This document shows, piece after piece, positions 41,540-56,349 of a DNA stretch of 64,000 bases. The DNA is from the human T2T-CHM13v2.0 reference genome, Homo sapiens: assembly GCF_009914755.1 (NCBI RefSeq), contig NC_060928.1. One strand, 5' to 3'. The number at the start of each line of letters is the position of its first letter. Positions within the stretch are counted from its first letter, which is position 1. Under the pieces are notes generated by a model, which searched no databases, was not told where the DNA came from, and saw nothing but the letters and a program-made list of their open reading frames with translations. The position numbers and the translations under genes were made by a program.

Positions 41540-41797
41540 TTTTTTACAATTTTTTAAATTATACTTTAAGTTCTAGGATACATATGCAGAACGTAGGGTT
41601 TGTTACATAGGTACACACGTGCCATGGTGGTTTGCTGCACCCATCAACCTGTCATCTACATTAGGTGTTTCTCCTAATGCTATCCCTCCCCTATCCCCCC
41701 ACCCCCTGACACGCCCTGGTGTGTGATGTTCCCCTCCCTGTGTCCATGTGTTCTCACGGTTCAACTCCCACTTGTGAGCGAGAACATGTGGTGTTTG
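41540..41797 (-). mobile_element. 5'-truncated L1PA7/8-like 3' end
   Basis: attatactttaagttct...gtgccatggtggtttgctgcacccatcaacc...gagaacatgtggtgtttg; degenerate TSD ending in ttcttttt. Confidence 0.9.
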
Positions 41798-43319
41798 ACA
41801 CATACTTTCTTTTTACTTATCTTGATTATTTTTCTTTTCCTATCCTGAGTTTTCCAGACAAAATAGCTAAAGAAGTCAAGAAAACCAAAGGATATTAAAA
41901 CGAAAGTGGCAACAGACAACAAAAGGAATTAGTAATTGACACTCATTGAATCCTTCTTCTTTTCCTTATTATTTTTATCAGTTGTGCTTATCTTTACTTG
42001 TGCCACAGTGAGCACTAGGATTCTTCCATGGTAGGTTGGTGTGTAATAGTTAAATGAGCACTCATAATATTTAGGCATTTCATAGTGTGTCATCTTAAAT
42101 TAATGTAATTTTCATAAAATTTACAGTTTGAATATATTCTATATGCTATTTTAATTTTTTTCTGAGAAAGAACTGTCTGCTGAGAAATAGTGAAATGAAA
42201 CTCTTCATTTTGATGACTGGGAAAAGAGATGGGAGTAGTGTCTCCACTGCCAGACAGACTGCATCTCTGCTGCCAGACGTCCTGGGATGTTGCTGTGGGT
42301 TTTTGACAGGCTTCTTGCACTATTGAAGTCAAATTCTTTCCTAGTAGCACACACCTTTCCAACACTAATCTATGTGAAAAATAAGAAAACCTTTCTTCCT
42401 GTTGTTGGCTGGAGCACCCCTGCATCTTTGAAACTATTATTTCGTTTGTTAGGCAGAAGCTCCTGGGCAGCTGCCAGCCTTCTCTATGGTGTTTGAGCAC
42501 TGACCCCTGAGCACGGTATGTGACATATTATTAAAGAATTATTAAAGACCAATGGCATGCTTTGGTCATTTTTCTTATCTAACAGTCATAGTAAAACTGA
42601 AAACTAGAAATTATGAATGACAAGAAGGGGAAATTTAAATTAGGGCCCCAATTTACTTCTTTTTACTATCAGTTTTGATAATTTATTTTTCATTAGCAGA
42701 GGTATTTTACATGAATTTTCTTAGTCTTCCCTTCCTTTCTTCAGGGTGCAGGTTCAAACTTTATCTAACAATTAATATACATTTTTAATTATCATACGAT
42801 AATGGTAAAACATTAATTAAAAATTTATATGTATTTTAAAGTGTAATGCTACCATATAAATTATGTATATTTTATCCATATATCTATCTGACACTTACCT
42901 ATATCATGAATGAAAAGAGGTTATACGTAAAATTCACGTTATTATTTTATTTGCCATGCAATTTAGAATTAAATCAGGATGTTGGCAGAAAGCTAGCTAA
43001 ACCCTTAACTGACATGTACCCTCTCAGCAATGTAACTAAGGATGATCGCAGTCTGGCACCCATGCTAGGCATGTGGTAGAAAGCATGCCAATTCTTGGCA
43101 CAACATACAACAGAAGGAATTTGGTGTAGGACATCTGGATATTTAGTACTTTATGCAAAAATACATAGATCCTTTATTTTTCCTTCTCTTTTGACATTTG
43201 TTGTACAAAGTCTTAAAAATTTATTCTTTGGAATACATAAGTTGGCCATATTCATATGCTTCTTGAAAAAGCTATTTTTAAAAAACTTTTAGTTCTAGCA
43301 TTTAATGCTGGAGACCAGT

Positions 43320-43520
43320 ACTACCCACTTGGACTTTGTGCAGTGATAGACACACTTTATATCTGCAAAATCTAATAAAGTGATGACTAGCTACGTGTGT
43401 CCATTGAACACTAGAAATGTACTTGGTGCAACTGAGGAGCTGAATTTTCATTTTTATTTAGTTTTAATTCATTTAAGTTTAGATAGCCACATGTGGTTGA
43501 TGGTTACCATACTAGTAAAG
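43320..43520. mobile_element. MER3-like hAT MITE
   Basis: gtgcaactgaggagctgaattttca...tagccacatgtgg...ttaccata. Confidence 0.7.
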
Positions 43521-45122
43521 CTATAGGCTATTAACAGTCTCAGTTTACCAGTGGTTAAGACTAGCTGAAGTATAAGATATTTCTTAATTACAGAAGGAAA
43601 ATTGTCTGATGAAATATTAAGGACCTTTCATTTACATGCATTATAGTGATATTAAAGTAGTTTCAAAATAGAATAGCATAATATTAATAAATACACATGA
43701 ATATATGTTCATGCACATATAGTTTTATACATAAATATGTGTGTTTATTCAAACCAGAGAATTCATTAAATCGGATTATACAGTAATAATATACAAAAAC
43801 TGAAAAACTGCTATAAAATTTCATGGCTAGAAACATGTTCTTGTCAGTAAATCCGTAAATATTGGTACATACATAGCAATAAAGCATAATAAACTTAATG
43901 ACAAAATAAGTCCCACCATATATGCAGTACCAAAAAGCAAAAATGGTACTATATTTTCATGAATATTGGTGACTAAAAAGTAAAGCAATGTAAAATAGGT
44001 TTGATGAAATTTCTTTTAAGATAACCATAGTTTGCAAATAAAATTAATTTATCAAAAAGCAGCAGGAACTATACATCTAGATAGTAATGTTTAAGAGCAT
44101 TCAATGTTGTTCCCTGGAACTCAGAAAAGTAAATTTCTTCTTATTATTAGATAACTAGTAAAAAGTGAACAAGAGTATTTACTCTATGAATTTTAACCTG
44201 TGAGTTTAGTAGTTCTATATCTTAATCTAAAATTTTAATAAAATAGCCCAAATTTTATCTCTCCTCAGCCTTGTAAAATCAGATTTTTTGTTTAATTATA
44301 AATAATACAATGACAAGCTCTGAAATCCCTGTCTTTGATGTGATGGGGGTGGTGCTTTTTGCCATCAGTAGGGGTAACATGCCCTCCCCACCTCTGATCT
44401 CTGGAGCTGAGCTTTCTGTTATTATTATTTGCACACTGGACACAGATCTCATAAAATAGATCTTAGTCACTGGAAAATATATTAATGTATGGATTTTTCA
44501 TACATATCTAATAGTCCAATCAAGGTGTCAACACTGATGAGGTTTATATGTGTCCCTAGGCGTACATGTGTGAAGAGGGGGGCATTTGGGGAAAGGGAGG
44601 TGGAAAATGCTTCACTTGTTAGAGTCATGAATTAAATGATGCAAGTCTGAATCTAGTTGCAAATATTATTATAGCAATGAACAATATGATAGTTATATTT
44701 AAAAAAACACTTTGGGAACCAAGCAAAAACAAAGCAAGCTGCATTTGGAACAGTGAGATGCTGGTTCCTGTAGCCTTCAATATGCTTTGTGATTATGGCT
44801 AAATCTGTGACGATAGTTTGAAAAGATGATAAAGAGTTACATATTTGCTTGTTTTTTCAACCATTAGTTCTAAATTCCTTTGCAAGAGAGTGCATTGAAG
44901 AAAAGCACAAGACAAATAGTCAAGAGATTGTGCTATTTTTCTGACTCTTCCCATTACGTCTCTGTGATCTACTACGAATGTTGTCCTTAGATCTCAGTTT
45001 CCTTACCTATAAAATGAGAAAATTATATAGATGACTTCTTACTACATTCAATTACAGAATTATCCTCTGGAATGGAAGAGACAAAGCACTATGCAACCAA
45101 TAACATTTCCAGAGAAGGCAGC

Positions 45123-45573
45123 TGTATTAGTTTCCTAGGGCTGCCACAACAAATTATCACAAAATAGGTGGCTTACAACAACAGAAATGTATTCTCTCAC
45201 AGCTCTTGAGTCTGGAAGTCACAAGTCAAAATGAGGGCAGGGCCACGTTCTCTGTGTAGACACTGGGGGAGGACCCTTCCCTGCCTCTCCTGGCCTTTGA
45301 TGGTTGTCAGCAATCCTTGCTGTTCCTTGGCTTGCAGATACATTGCGCCAATCTCTGCTTCCGTGAGGTCTTCTTCCCTGTGTGTCTGTGTTCAAATTTC
45401 CCTCTTCTTATAGAGACTCCAGTCAGATTAGGGCCACCCTCATCCAGTATGACCTCGTCTTGACTTGATTACAACTGCAAAGAACCTACTTGCAAATAAG
45501 GTCACGTTCATAAGGAGAGGAGGTTAAGACTTGAACATTTATCTTTTTGACTGGGACAAAATCCAGCCCACAA
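45123..45573 (-). mobile_element. MaLR solo LTR, MLT1C-like
   Basis: tgtattagtttcctagggctgcc...acaacagaaatgtattctctcacag...catccagtatgacctc...caaataaggtcac. Confidence 0.88.
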
Positions 45574-47764
45574 GAAGACCTGAAGGTACAGTCTATTTCT
45601 TCTTTCTTCTTTTTTTTCTTTTGTTAAGTTATTTTAGTGATGTTCAATCTTTACATAAAATTAAAATCTTTTTTTAAAAATAAGTGTCAGTGCCAGAACT
45701 GTAAATGAAAATAATCAAATAAAAGTTAGAATAATTCGTTACTCGTTGACTTTCCTTGCACTTAAAGCATCTACAATGACAATCTACCTCTGTATATTAA
45801 TGTAGTCCTACTCATTTTAATGATATTTTACCTGTTTTGATTATGGATAAGATCAATCATCTTTAAAAACTATTTTATAATACCTAAAAATTGTTCCAAA
45901 GAGTTATTCTAGATAGTGAATATAAAACTGGGAAATGTGGTGCTTAGGAACCCTTGAAGTAATATTTCTGGTTATTGTCAGAACCAGATGTTGACATGAA
46001 CCATGAAGCTGAATTGTCAAAAATTATCCTTGGTTGTTGTTTTTTAAGTAGAAATGAAAGTCCTGCTGGAAGGCCTGATGACAGTTCCTTTTGGGACTCT
46101 GTTGCTCTCCCTTGCCATTCTGCCCCAGTCATAGCTTTTATTAACAAACAAACACTTGTGTGATATGGGACACGTCTCCATGGTTAGTTGTGTGTCATCC
46201 AGAGCCTGACTTAGAAATAGCCCAAGGAGATCTTCTGAAGACTCTAGACTTACTGCCATTCAAAGGCTTACAGTGGAGTTACACCTAACCAAGGTTCTTA
46301 ATAACAGCAGGTGAGGCAAAAACCCTGGAGTGGAAATGACACTTGAAAATCCCATAAATTACATATGAATTGTCCACTCACCTGAATAGTGGACACCTGA
46401 ATAGTGCGGTACGTGTCAGTATCAGTGGGCAGGAAAGTCCTCATTTAGTTGTCCAGTCCTGTGGGGTAAACATTGTTGTCCTTTTCCTGGTACTGAAACT
46501 TAGTTCAAAACATTTTTGTCACATGCCCAAGATCACACGAGAAAGTCATACAAAACTATTATCTGCAGCGAATACACCAAGTGTATTCCCCTCTACGTCC
46601 TCATTCGGAACATCATCTTTCCAGGCCTAGGCAGATAGATTACAAAAACTGAAACTGTGGAATCCTTGCATTGTAACTTTTTAAAAAATTTTACTTTAGC
46701 TTCTGGGATACAAGTGTGAAAGATGTAGGTTTGTCCCAGAGGTATACGTGGCGCAGTCTATTCCCCTGGGAGGAGTCACAAGCCTCAAAGAAAGTAGTGA
46801 GATAGTTCTATGATTTACACATAGAATAAAGAAAAATGGAAAAGCAATATGAATATAATTTGTATTTTTTGACACAAAGATGTGCAAACATACATAAAGA
46901 TATACAGCATTCATTGTAAACGCTAGAAATAGGAAATAAAGCCAACATAAAACCATAAAACCCTATTTTAACTTTAAACAAAATCAACTCATTTGCTTGG
47001 AAAGGCATGAGAGAGTCTCAACAGGAGAAATCAACTGGAAGAGCCGGGAGCCTCCACAAGATCCCTTTTTACCTGGATTCACTGTAGGCCTAAGTCTGCC
47101 TTCAGCCTTCAGTGCTCAGAGGCTGGGATCTCAGTCTTGCTGAGAAGTTCAGCATTGCTGGGCCTCAGTTGTGCACCCAGATTAGTGCAGTTCAAAAGAA
47201 ATGAGCATAGCCACACAGCATTTCCGCTAATTTCCAGTGAAATACCTTATGGCCACACTGGCCAGATGTCATAGTAGTTGTTCAGACAGCCTCATCCTAT
47301 TGTAAGCTGCATGGTAACCAGCCAAAGAACCAAAAGGATGTGTTGTGAATGCTTAAGGACATTGAGTTTTGCTAGTCAGGCGCATCTACCTCCACAATAG
47401 CCAGTATTTGTTAAACAGCCTAGAGACTTGATTTAACCTGACCTCTCTTTGGAAAATTCAGTGATTTGGACCAAACAACCATGCAGAATATAATTTCAGA
47501 GTTAGAATACACATCTTTTTTTTCTCCGTGCTTCCTGAAATGATGTCTATGGGTGACAGAGAGCAAATTAGTTTGGGGAGGGCAGGTCCAAATAAATAAT
47601 ATCGAAGGCCCTGACAGGGGACCCAGCCTGAGCATGTTCATCTTTATTCTCTACTGTTTCTGCACATTACATTCTTCCTATCTCAATGGATGCCAGAAAG
47701 ACAAAGATCCCTGAAGCAAAGTAAAATGTCTGTGTGTGTGTGTATGTGTTATATGTGTATACAT

Positions 47765-47942
47765 GTAGATTATCATTATTTGTGGATTTGATTTTTGTGA
47801 ATTTGCCTACTTGCTAAAATGTATTTGTAACCCCTAAATGAATACTTGGAGTGCTTTTATGGTCCTTTGTGAACATGTGCAGAGCAGCAAAACATTTGAG
47901 TTGATCAATGCACATGGCCCAGCTGAAGTCAATCAAGGCAAA
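47765..47942. mobile_element. TcMar-Tigger MITE fragment (MER82-like)
   Basis: gaatttgcctacttgctaaaatgtatttgtaacccc...acatgtgcagagcagcaaaa...cccagctgaagtc. Confidence 0.65.
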
Positions 47943-47974
47943 TGTCGTCACGTGGCACATGACTGTTGTTGGAG

Positions 47975-48995
47975 TACATCAAAACTAAAAACTTGTGTGC
48001 GTTCAAGAGCGCTAGCAAATAAAAGGCCACCCAGAGAGTGGAAGAAAATACTTGTAAATCATATATCTGATAAGGGGTTAATATCCTGACTATATACAGA
48101 ACTCTTACAACTCCGCAACGACAACAACAACAAAACAACCTGATTTAAAAAATCGGCAAAGTTCGTGAATAAACATTTCTCTAAAGAAGATACACAAATG
48201 GCCAATAAGCACATTAAAAAGATGCTCAGCGTCACTAATCATTAGAAAAATGCAGATCGAAACCACAATGAGATACCACGTCACACCCATTAGGATGACT
48301 ACTATTGAAAACAGCAACAGCAGCAATACAGAAAATAGGTTTTTGGTAAGGATGTGGAGAATTGGAATACTTGTGCGTTGTTGGTGGGAGTATAAAATGG
48401 TGTAGGTGCCGTGGAAAACAGCGTGGCAGTTCTGTAAAATAGAACTGCCACGTGGTCTAGCAATTCCACTTCTTTGTATATACCTAAAAGAATTGAAAGC
48501 AAGGTCTTGGGATTTATGCATCCGTGTTCACAGAAGCATTATTCATGATGCCAAAAGGTGGAAGCAACCCAAGTGTCCGTTGACGAATGAATGGATAAAC
48601 AAAATGTGCTATATAAATACCAGGTAATATTATTCAGCTTTAAAAAAGAAGGGAATTCTGTGATATGCTGCAACATGGGTGAACCTTGAGGACATTATGC
48701 TAGGTGAAATAATACAGTCACAAAAGGATACATACAGCGTGATTCCAATGATATGAAGCTCTTAGATTCATAGATAAAGAAAGTGCAATGGTGGATCTCA
48801 GGAAAGGAGGGGAGGCTGGATGGGAGTTAGTGTTTAATGGGTATAGAGTTTCAGCTGGGGAAGATGAGAAAGTTCTGGAAATGAATGCTGAAGATTAAGT
48901 ACTATGTGAATGTACTTAATGCCACTGAATGTGAACTTCGAAATGTTTAAGATGGTAAATTTTATGTTTTGGGTATTTTGCCACAATTAGAAAGA
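47975..48995 (+). mobile_element. L1MB/L1MA-type ORF2 end plus 3'UTR
   Basis: aatcatatatctgataagggg...aaagaagatacacaaatggccaataagcac...ggaagcaacccaagtgtcc...aatgccactgaa...gatggtaaattttatgtt. Confidence 0.9.
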
Positions 48996-49924
48996 AAATA
49001 TACATGATTAAGACTGTGGAATTTAACATTGTAATGCAGTCTTCTCCAGTCGTTTTAACCATTAAAACCACCCAGTCAGTGTCAATGGCATGTAACTGAT
49101 AAGACCTTGGAAAGGAAAATAGAAGAACCTATAAAATCGAATGATTCAAATAAATGTTTCTTTGGAAGCCAATAAAATCATTTTAAAGGGAAAAAGCTCT
49201 TAAGGAGGAATGACACAGGTTACCCCATTCCTAACACACTGGGTAATGAGAATAAGGTTCAATATTTCAGAAAAGCTTATACATTTGAAAAGAAGTTAAT
49301 TCCTGCTGTAATCTGCCTTTCATAGAGAATTTTAAGAAAGGTAATACTCTACCTCCTTCAAAACACACACATGAAATATTCACACACACATTAAGAGAAG
49401 CTCTAAAATTCTTGGCGCTGAAGAGATGAAATGTGGATGTCCTGACACCTTATTTGCACAGTCCATGCCTGTATAGTCTCAATTTGCATTTGCACCTGCA
49501 AATGGCTTTTTTCCTGAAAAACAATTTGTATGTTCAGCTATTTATTTTGCATATTTCAATTCATATTTGGCATGCATAGCAGCCTGTGTGACTGTTACTG
49601 AGGGGCCAATATTTGCAAGTCTTATCTGTGAACATGAATGTCCCTTGGGCCACTTTCGGTTTAGCCATGGGACTGTGTTAAAGGTGGATGGGTGGCCTCT
49701 GCGGGTGAGTTAAGAGTGGCTTGGCTGTGGAGGCCTTAACTTCAGTTAGTTGCGCGGAAGTGCCTCTGGGAAGGCTTTTTCTGGGTTATTGAGTAAGCTT
49801 TAGTATTTCGGGGAGTGATCTGAGGTGTGGAGGAAGAAAGCAAGCCAGAGCCTCCGTGTCTTTATGATAATATACTCCTTCCTAGCTTCAGCCTTAGGGC
49901 CCAGAGGCAGTTTTTCAGGCAAGC

Positions 49925-50170
49925 ATGGAGCAGTGGGAAGAACAGGCGTGGTGAGCTGGCAGCTCTGGGTTTGAATTCGGCTCCCTTGTTTAAGAGCTTT
50001 GTGATCTTAGTCCAGTTCACTGACCTTGCTGACCTTCAACCTCTCTATCTTTAAATTGGAAATAAGACTCCACTCACGAGGTTATGATGTGAATGCAGGG
50101 AGATCATGTAGGAAAAGCTGGTGAAGTACCCGGCGTGGAGTATTTGCTCAACAAATGAGAGCTGACACTG
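49925..50170 (+). mobile_element. MIR
   Basis: ctgggtttgaattcggctc...tgtgatcttag...tgctcaacaaatg. Confidence 0.6.
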
Positions 50171-51120
50171 CCGTTCTCATTTTATTCCTATGGATTTGAG
50201 AAGGATCTGAGGAAAGGGGATACGCTCTTCTGAGTTCAAAAGAGACCCTCAACACCGAGGGATGAGAGGGTCACAGAGGAAACACGGGTGCTTTGATTTG
50301 GCAGCGGTCAGCAGCCAGACAGGTTTGTCTGATTTGCAGCTTTTAATTATCACTCTGATAATTTTAGAATGGGCTGGAAACAAGGCGGTCGCCTTCAGAG
50401 ACCACCCTCTGAAACCAGGTTCATCTCTGACCCTGAATGAAAACTCCAGCGAGGCATCATTATGATGACTGTCCATGGCTTCGCTGTGTTAAGAGGTGCC
50501 CTGCCCTTTTAATTGGACTGAATAGAGTTCCTGAGAAACCTCAGGTTGAATTACTCACGTCTTTGCTGCTAAAATTGCACAAAGATATAAACTTGCTGCT
50601 TTACATGAAATCTGCTGGAGAGATTTAAAATTTATCAATCCTCTTAGCTTTGCTGCTTTTAAGAACACCAAAAAATGGCCTGTCTCAGAGAAACCTTGCA
50701 TATTACAATTCAGTTTTTAGACATGGCAGGAGCTCATTCACAGTGGAATTTACTTCACATTACATTTGGGGCATGCATGAGATTTAAAAGCAATGCTTTT
50801 CCTCTAAAGTACTCACTACAAAAGATATATCACACATACTCGGGCTATTTAAGACTCAGCAAGGGGAATATCAACAGATTTTTCTCCAAGTGTGCTCTCT
50901 GATCAGCTGGGGAAATAAAATCTTTCTTGAAAAGCAACGAATTGAAGCAATTCTAGTGCATTAAAGCCTAGGGGTCTGTCCTGTTTGGTTGGAATTTTTG
51001 GCAGCTTTGAATATAGAAGTAGTGTTTATATAGGTGTATGTGTATATGAATGTTATTTTTGCCCCTTTGAATGGTTTTCTGACTTACATACCTTCAGTGT
51101 TTTATTAATAAAAATATTTA

Positions 51121-51490
<370 letters not shown>

Positions 51491-51664
51491 TTATGTATCA
51501 ATCAAGAATCCATCAACTGTTTGTAATAGAATCAATCTAGTACTATTTTTCTTAAAAAGAAAATCTATGGGCTCTTCAGTTGGGATATTCAAGAGTGACA
51601 GATTCAGATATGATATGATCTGATTCAAAATTATCATCAAGATTACCCTTTTGCCCTGACTCTT

Positions 51665-52371
51665 GATTTTGGGCTGAGAAACAGAATCAATAGGATAGAC
51701 TGTGTGTGTGTGTGCATGTATAGATGAATATATGTATATATGAATATATATGTATATAGATGAATATATGTACATATATGAGTATATATGTACATATATG
51801 AATATATGTACATATATGTATATATATGAATATATGTGTGTATATATATTATATATAATATACATATTATATATAATATGTATATTATATAATATATAAA
51901 TTATATATTATAATTAATATATATATAATATATAGTATATATAATATATATAATATATATTATATATTATATATATATATGAAAAGAGAAAGAGAGAGAG
52001 AGATTGAGAGGGGATTGAATGTCACAGGGCAGGATGGCAGCGGGGAGCCCAGGAAGAGTCCATGTAGCTGGCGTCTGAAGGCAGTGTGGAGATGGAATTC
52101 CTTCTTCCTTAGGTGTGGGAGATCAGTCAGAGTGGTGGGAGAAAGCCTAACTGGACTTAGGTGATCTCAGTCTTTTTTTGAAGGCCTTTGATTGATTGCA
52201 TGAGGTTCACCTACTTATAATATGGAGGGTCAGGTACTTTACTCAAAGTCTACCGAGTTAAATGGTAATCACATCTAAAAAATGCCTTCACAGAAACATC
52301 TACACTGTTGTTGGACCAAAAACTGGGTACCACGACCCAGCCAAGATGATAAAATGAAATTAACCATCACA
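51665..52371 (-). mobile_element. ERVL solo LTR, MLT2-like, containing an expanded (TA)-rich tract
   Basis: gagaaacagaatcaataggata...tactttactcaaagtctac...ttcacagaaacatcta...aaattaaccatcaca. Confidence 0.8.
51720..51980. repeat. (TA)n-rich low-complexity tract
   Basis: Directly visible. Confidence 0.95.
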
Positions 52372-52734
52372 TCATCCTTCTCTGGAAGGTTATCCTGCAT
52401 AATTGCATAGGTGGTGGCAGGGAGCTGTAGGCTTCCATTGTCCTTATGGTTTAGCAACCCCAGCAAGAGAAAGGGAGTGAGTGCCTCTCTTCTGATCATC
52501 TCACCAGAGTTCCTGGTCTGACCTGTTCACGTGTCTAAATCAAGAACTGGGGCAGGGGCCTGGGGTTTACTGATGGGGCAGGCTGCTGTCTCTCCTCTAT
52601 TGCTGCTAGAGAGAAGTGGTCCATCAGCCCCAGCATAGGTCTGGGGAACACTTTCCTCATTGAAAAGGGCGTAGTCCCAGAGGAGGGATGTGGGGAGCCC
52701 ACTGGGCAGGCAAAGGACTCCCTCCTGTCATCTC

Positions 52735-53062
52735 TTCAGAGCAAACTGTGGTGCATGAGGCAGGTCCAGCCCACTGCCTATTTTTGTATGGCTCATGAAC
52801 TAAGACTGGGTTTTCCATTTTTCAATCAGTAAAAGAAAATCAGAAGAATGATATTCCTTGACACACAGAAATTATCTGAAATATAAGTTCTGTGTCCAGA
52901 AATGAAATTTTATTGGAACACACTTGTGCCCACTTATGACGCTTTCTCTAAACGGCCGATTTCACATTGCACAGCAGAGCTGAGGGCTTGTCAGACACAG
53001 CCTGGCCCGAAGAGCCTAAAATATTTACTATCTCGTCCTCCACAGAGAAGCATGGCTGGCTG
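52735..53062. mobile_element. MER58B-like hAT element
   Basis: gcaaactgtgg...gcctatttttgtatggc...ttttattggaacac...agcctaaaatatttactatct. Confidence 0.8.
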
Positions 53063-54289
53063 TGTTATCACATTGCAACCGCAACTGGAATTTATAATAC
53101 TAGGTATTTTCAATTCAATTTGGAAGCATATGTTTAGACACATGCATATTTGTTTATTTATTCTAAAACTGATTCCTCATGGAGAGTATCAACAATTTCA
53201 ATCGTGGAGAAGGTTACAAACTGAAATGCTAAATTTCTTTCCATTTCCATCTCCAAGTCCTTCTTTCTAGATGTAATTCCTTTCACCATTTTTTTAATTT
53301 TAATTTTTTTGGTGGCTATAAGCCCTAATTCAATATTATGCTTTCACTTGTTTCCTGGTTGACCAGCATTAAACATCAGCTACATGCTATAACAGATGGG
53401 AAATTTAGTTCCTATTCTTTCCTCCTTACAGTTTCTTACAGAACATTTTAAAAATTCAAGTTTATATATTAGTTATATTTATAACATCATATAATATATA
53501 CTTAACTCTATTTTTGACCTATGGAATTTAGAAATATGCCTTGTCCTCTTGCTCAGTAAAGAAAGAAATTTTGGGCTCTGCTTTGTCTTCCAGCTTCTGC
53601 TGTTTTGACTTTAAATTTTGACGATTAATGGCAGTTATGCTCTGTTCTGTAAAATTAATCTCACACTCTTGATCTCCAAGTTGAATTAAATTTTCATCTT
53701 ATTCAGTGATTGACAAACGCATTTTATCTCAAGATGCATATCTTTTTTACAGCTATTACTTTGATTATTGCTTCCCATCATTTTTGTTCTCTTTCTCTTT
53801 AATTCCTATTGGATGTGTTTCCTTGCAATGATATTCTAAACTCTAAAATTTTTCTTGTTCTCTTCTTTCCTTTGGGGCATTTCCTTTACTTTTATTTCAC
53901 ATACTTTTATTTATTCTTTAATTTCCATAATCTTTAAAAAAGTGTTTACTGCTTCTTTTTATAGAAGCCTAGTACGGTTTTCTTGTGTGTCTGTCAGAGT
54001 TGATCTCCTCTTGTTGAGTCTCTTTGAGGTTACTGCTGGCATTATTTTAATGGTCTCCTCTTTTCCCTCAATTAGCCGTGTTTCCTGCAGTGGGGTTGTT
54101 CTGTTTCTCTCCCGTGGTTCTTCTCGTTTGTGTTACTGCTGTACTGCTGTTCCTTAAGTGTCTGCTGACCTGCAGCTGTCCCTTCAAATGTGTACGCCTG
54201 GTTCGGGTAACACAGCTCCTTGCACTGCAGCTTCCTCCAGCATTTTCTGAGTGGTAGCTCGCTCTGTTCTAACTTGTTCACTAATGTAA

Positions 54290-54540
54290 AAATAATAATA
54301 GAAAGTAGGGATCCAGTGCTTACAATGTAGCAGACGCTATTCAAAGCAGTTTAGATGAATCATTGGATTTAATCCTCATGAAAATCCTAGCCAATAGGCC
54401 TTACTATCATTCCCATTGTACAGATGAGGAAACTGACGCACAGAGAGGTTAGGTAAGTTGTCTAAAGTCACACAGCTTGTGAGTGGCAGATCCAGGTCCT
54501 AACCCACGCAGTCTCGCTTGAGCAACCGTACTCCTTCCTC
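54290..54540 (-). mobile_element. MIR
   Basis: tttaatcctca...cccattgtacagatgaggaaactgacgcacagagaggttaggtaa. Confidence 0.85.
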
Positions 54541-55333
54541 TTGTGTGCTGAGCTATATTGATCTGATTCGTGGGCACTTCCAGAATTTAAAAAATCTTCA
54601 GCCTGCTGATGTCATCCTGCAAGTTCTTGCAATTTTTATTTTGTCTTAATTGACTCCATGTGGTACGTTAAAACTGTTGTTTAAATTTTTTTTTTTTAGT
54701 AGGAAGGGCCATAAATATGTGTGCCCAGTTTACTGTCCTGGTGAAAGTCTCAGCTGGGCTTACTGTGTTCTTATCATTGTGTTGATCACCCTGAGGGAAG
54801 TGGGAGGGGTGGAGGAGGAGAGACAGTGCCAGATTCCCAGGGGGAACTTTCAGTGGCGGGATAGGCTGATGGACAAACGTCATATTGCTCCACTGTTCTT
54901 TATTTTCTCTATCTTCTTCTGCGTTCTGTCTGCCCTCCCTTCTGTCTTAGCGGTTCCCATACAGCCTTCAAAACCAATCTCCTCCAAGAAGCCTTTGCTA
55001 ATTCTCCAGCCTGAGTTTTGGGCTCTGTGCTTTTCCTGTGCCTAGTGCACGCCTCTATTACACACCCTCTAAAAATGCACTCTCTCATGGCCTCCCCGAG
55101 AGTCTCAGCACATGCAGGGCAGGGAAGTGCTACCGCCCATGCCCAGCAAGCAAAGGCCTGGCCTTTAGCCATTGTCCATTTTTTTTTTTTCCAGATGAGT
55201 GAGTGAAAGCAACTAATATAAAAGGGGTCGATTTCTTATTTCCAAATACTTTGCAGGAATGGGGTTTATTCAGATAAATAAGATATCCAGTCGTATTGAT
55301 ACAAATCCGGCTGGGCTGTGGCTGAGAAAGTGA

Positions 55334-55767
<434 letters not shown>

Positions 55768-56349
55768 AAACCAATCTTTTCTTAAGTTGCTATTTTGCAT
55801 GATTTTTTTATCTTGGGAGAAATTTTAAAACATAGTCATGAATGACTGAAAACATGATCTGAATGCTATCAATAATAAAACCTGAAAAGGGAGACAAATT
55901 GGTTAGTGTTTTAGAGAAACTGAATTGGTTCTGGTTTCTGAGCTTTGCGAAATAGGCCTATACCAGCCTTCAAATTGGCTACCGAGACTTTCCTTGAACC
56001 TCCAGCTCTACGACACTGGACATATGAAATAGGCATGTGACATCTGTGGCACTAGCTCGACACCCTGTTTTATGACTATGTCTTTAGATCTATTTCTATC
56101 TCTAGACCGATGGCACCAACTCAGTGCCTTTTGTCATTGCAACAACCCCCTCAGTGCTCCTCCATCCTTCAGCCTCACTCTCTCCTCCAGGGTACTCTCC
56201 ACGTTGCCTGCAAATTCAGCTTTCCAAGCACAGAATCCATCGTGTGATTCCCTTTTCACGCATTACATTCTTAGAATAAAGTCCAGACGTCGCTGCGATG
56301 CACCTGAGCCCTCCCAGTCTTGCCCGGTAAAGCTTTCCACTCTCCTCTC

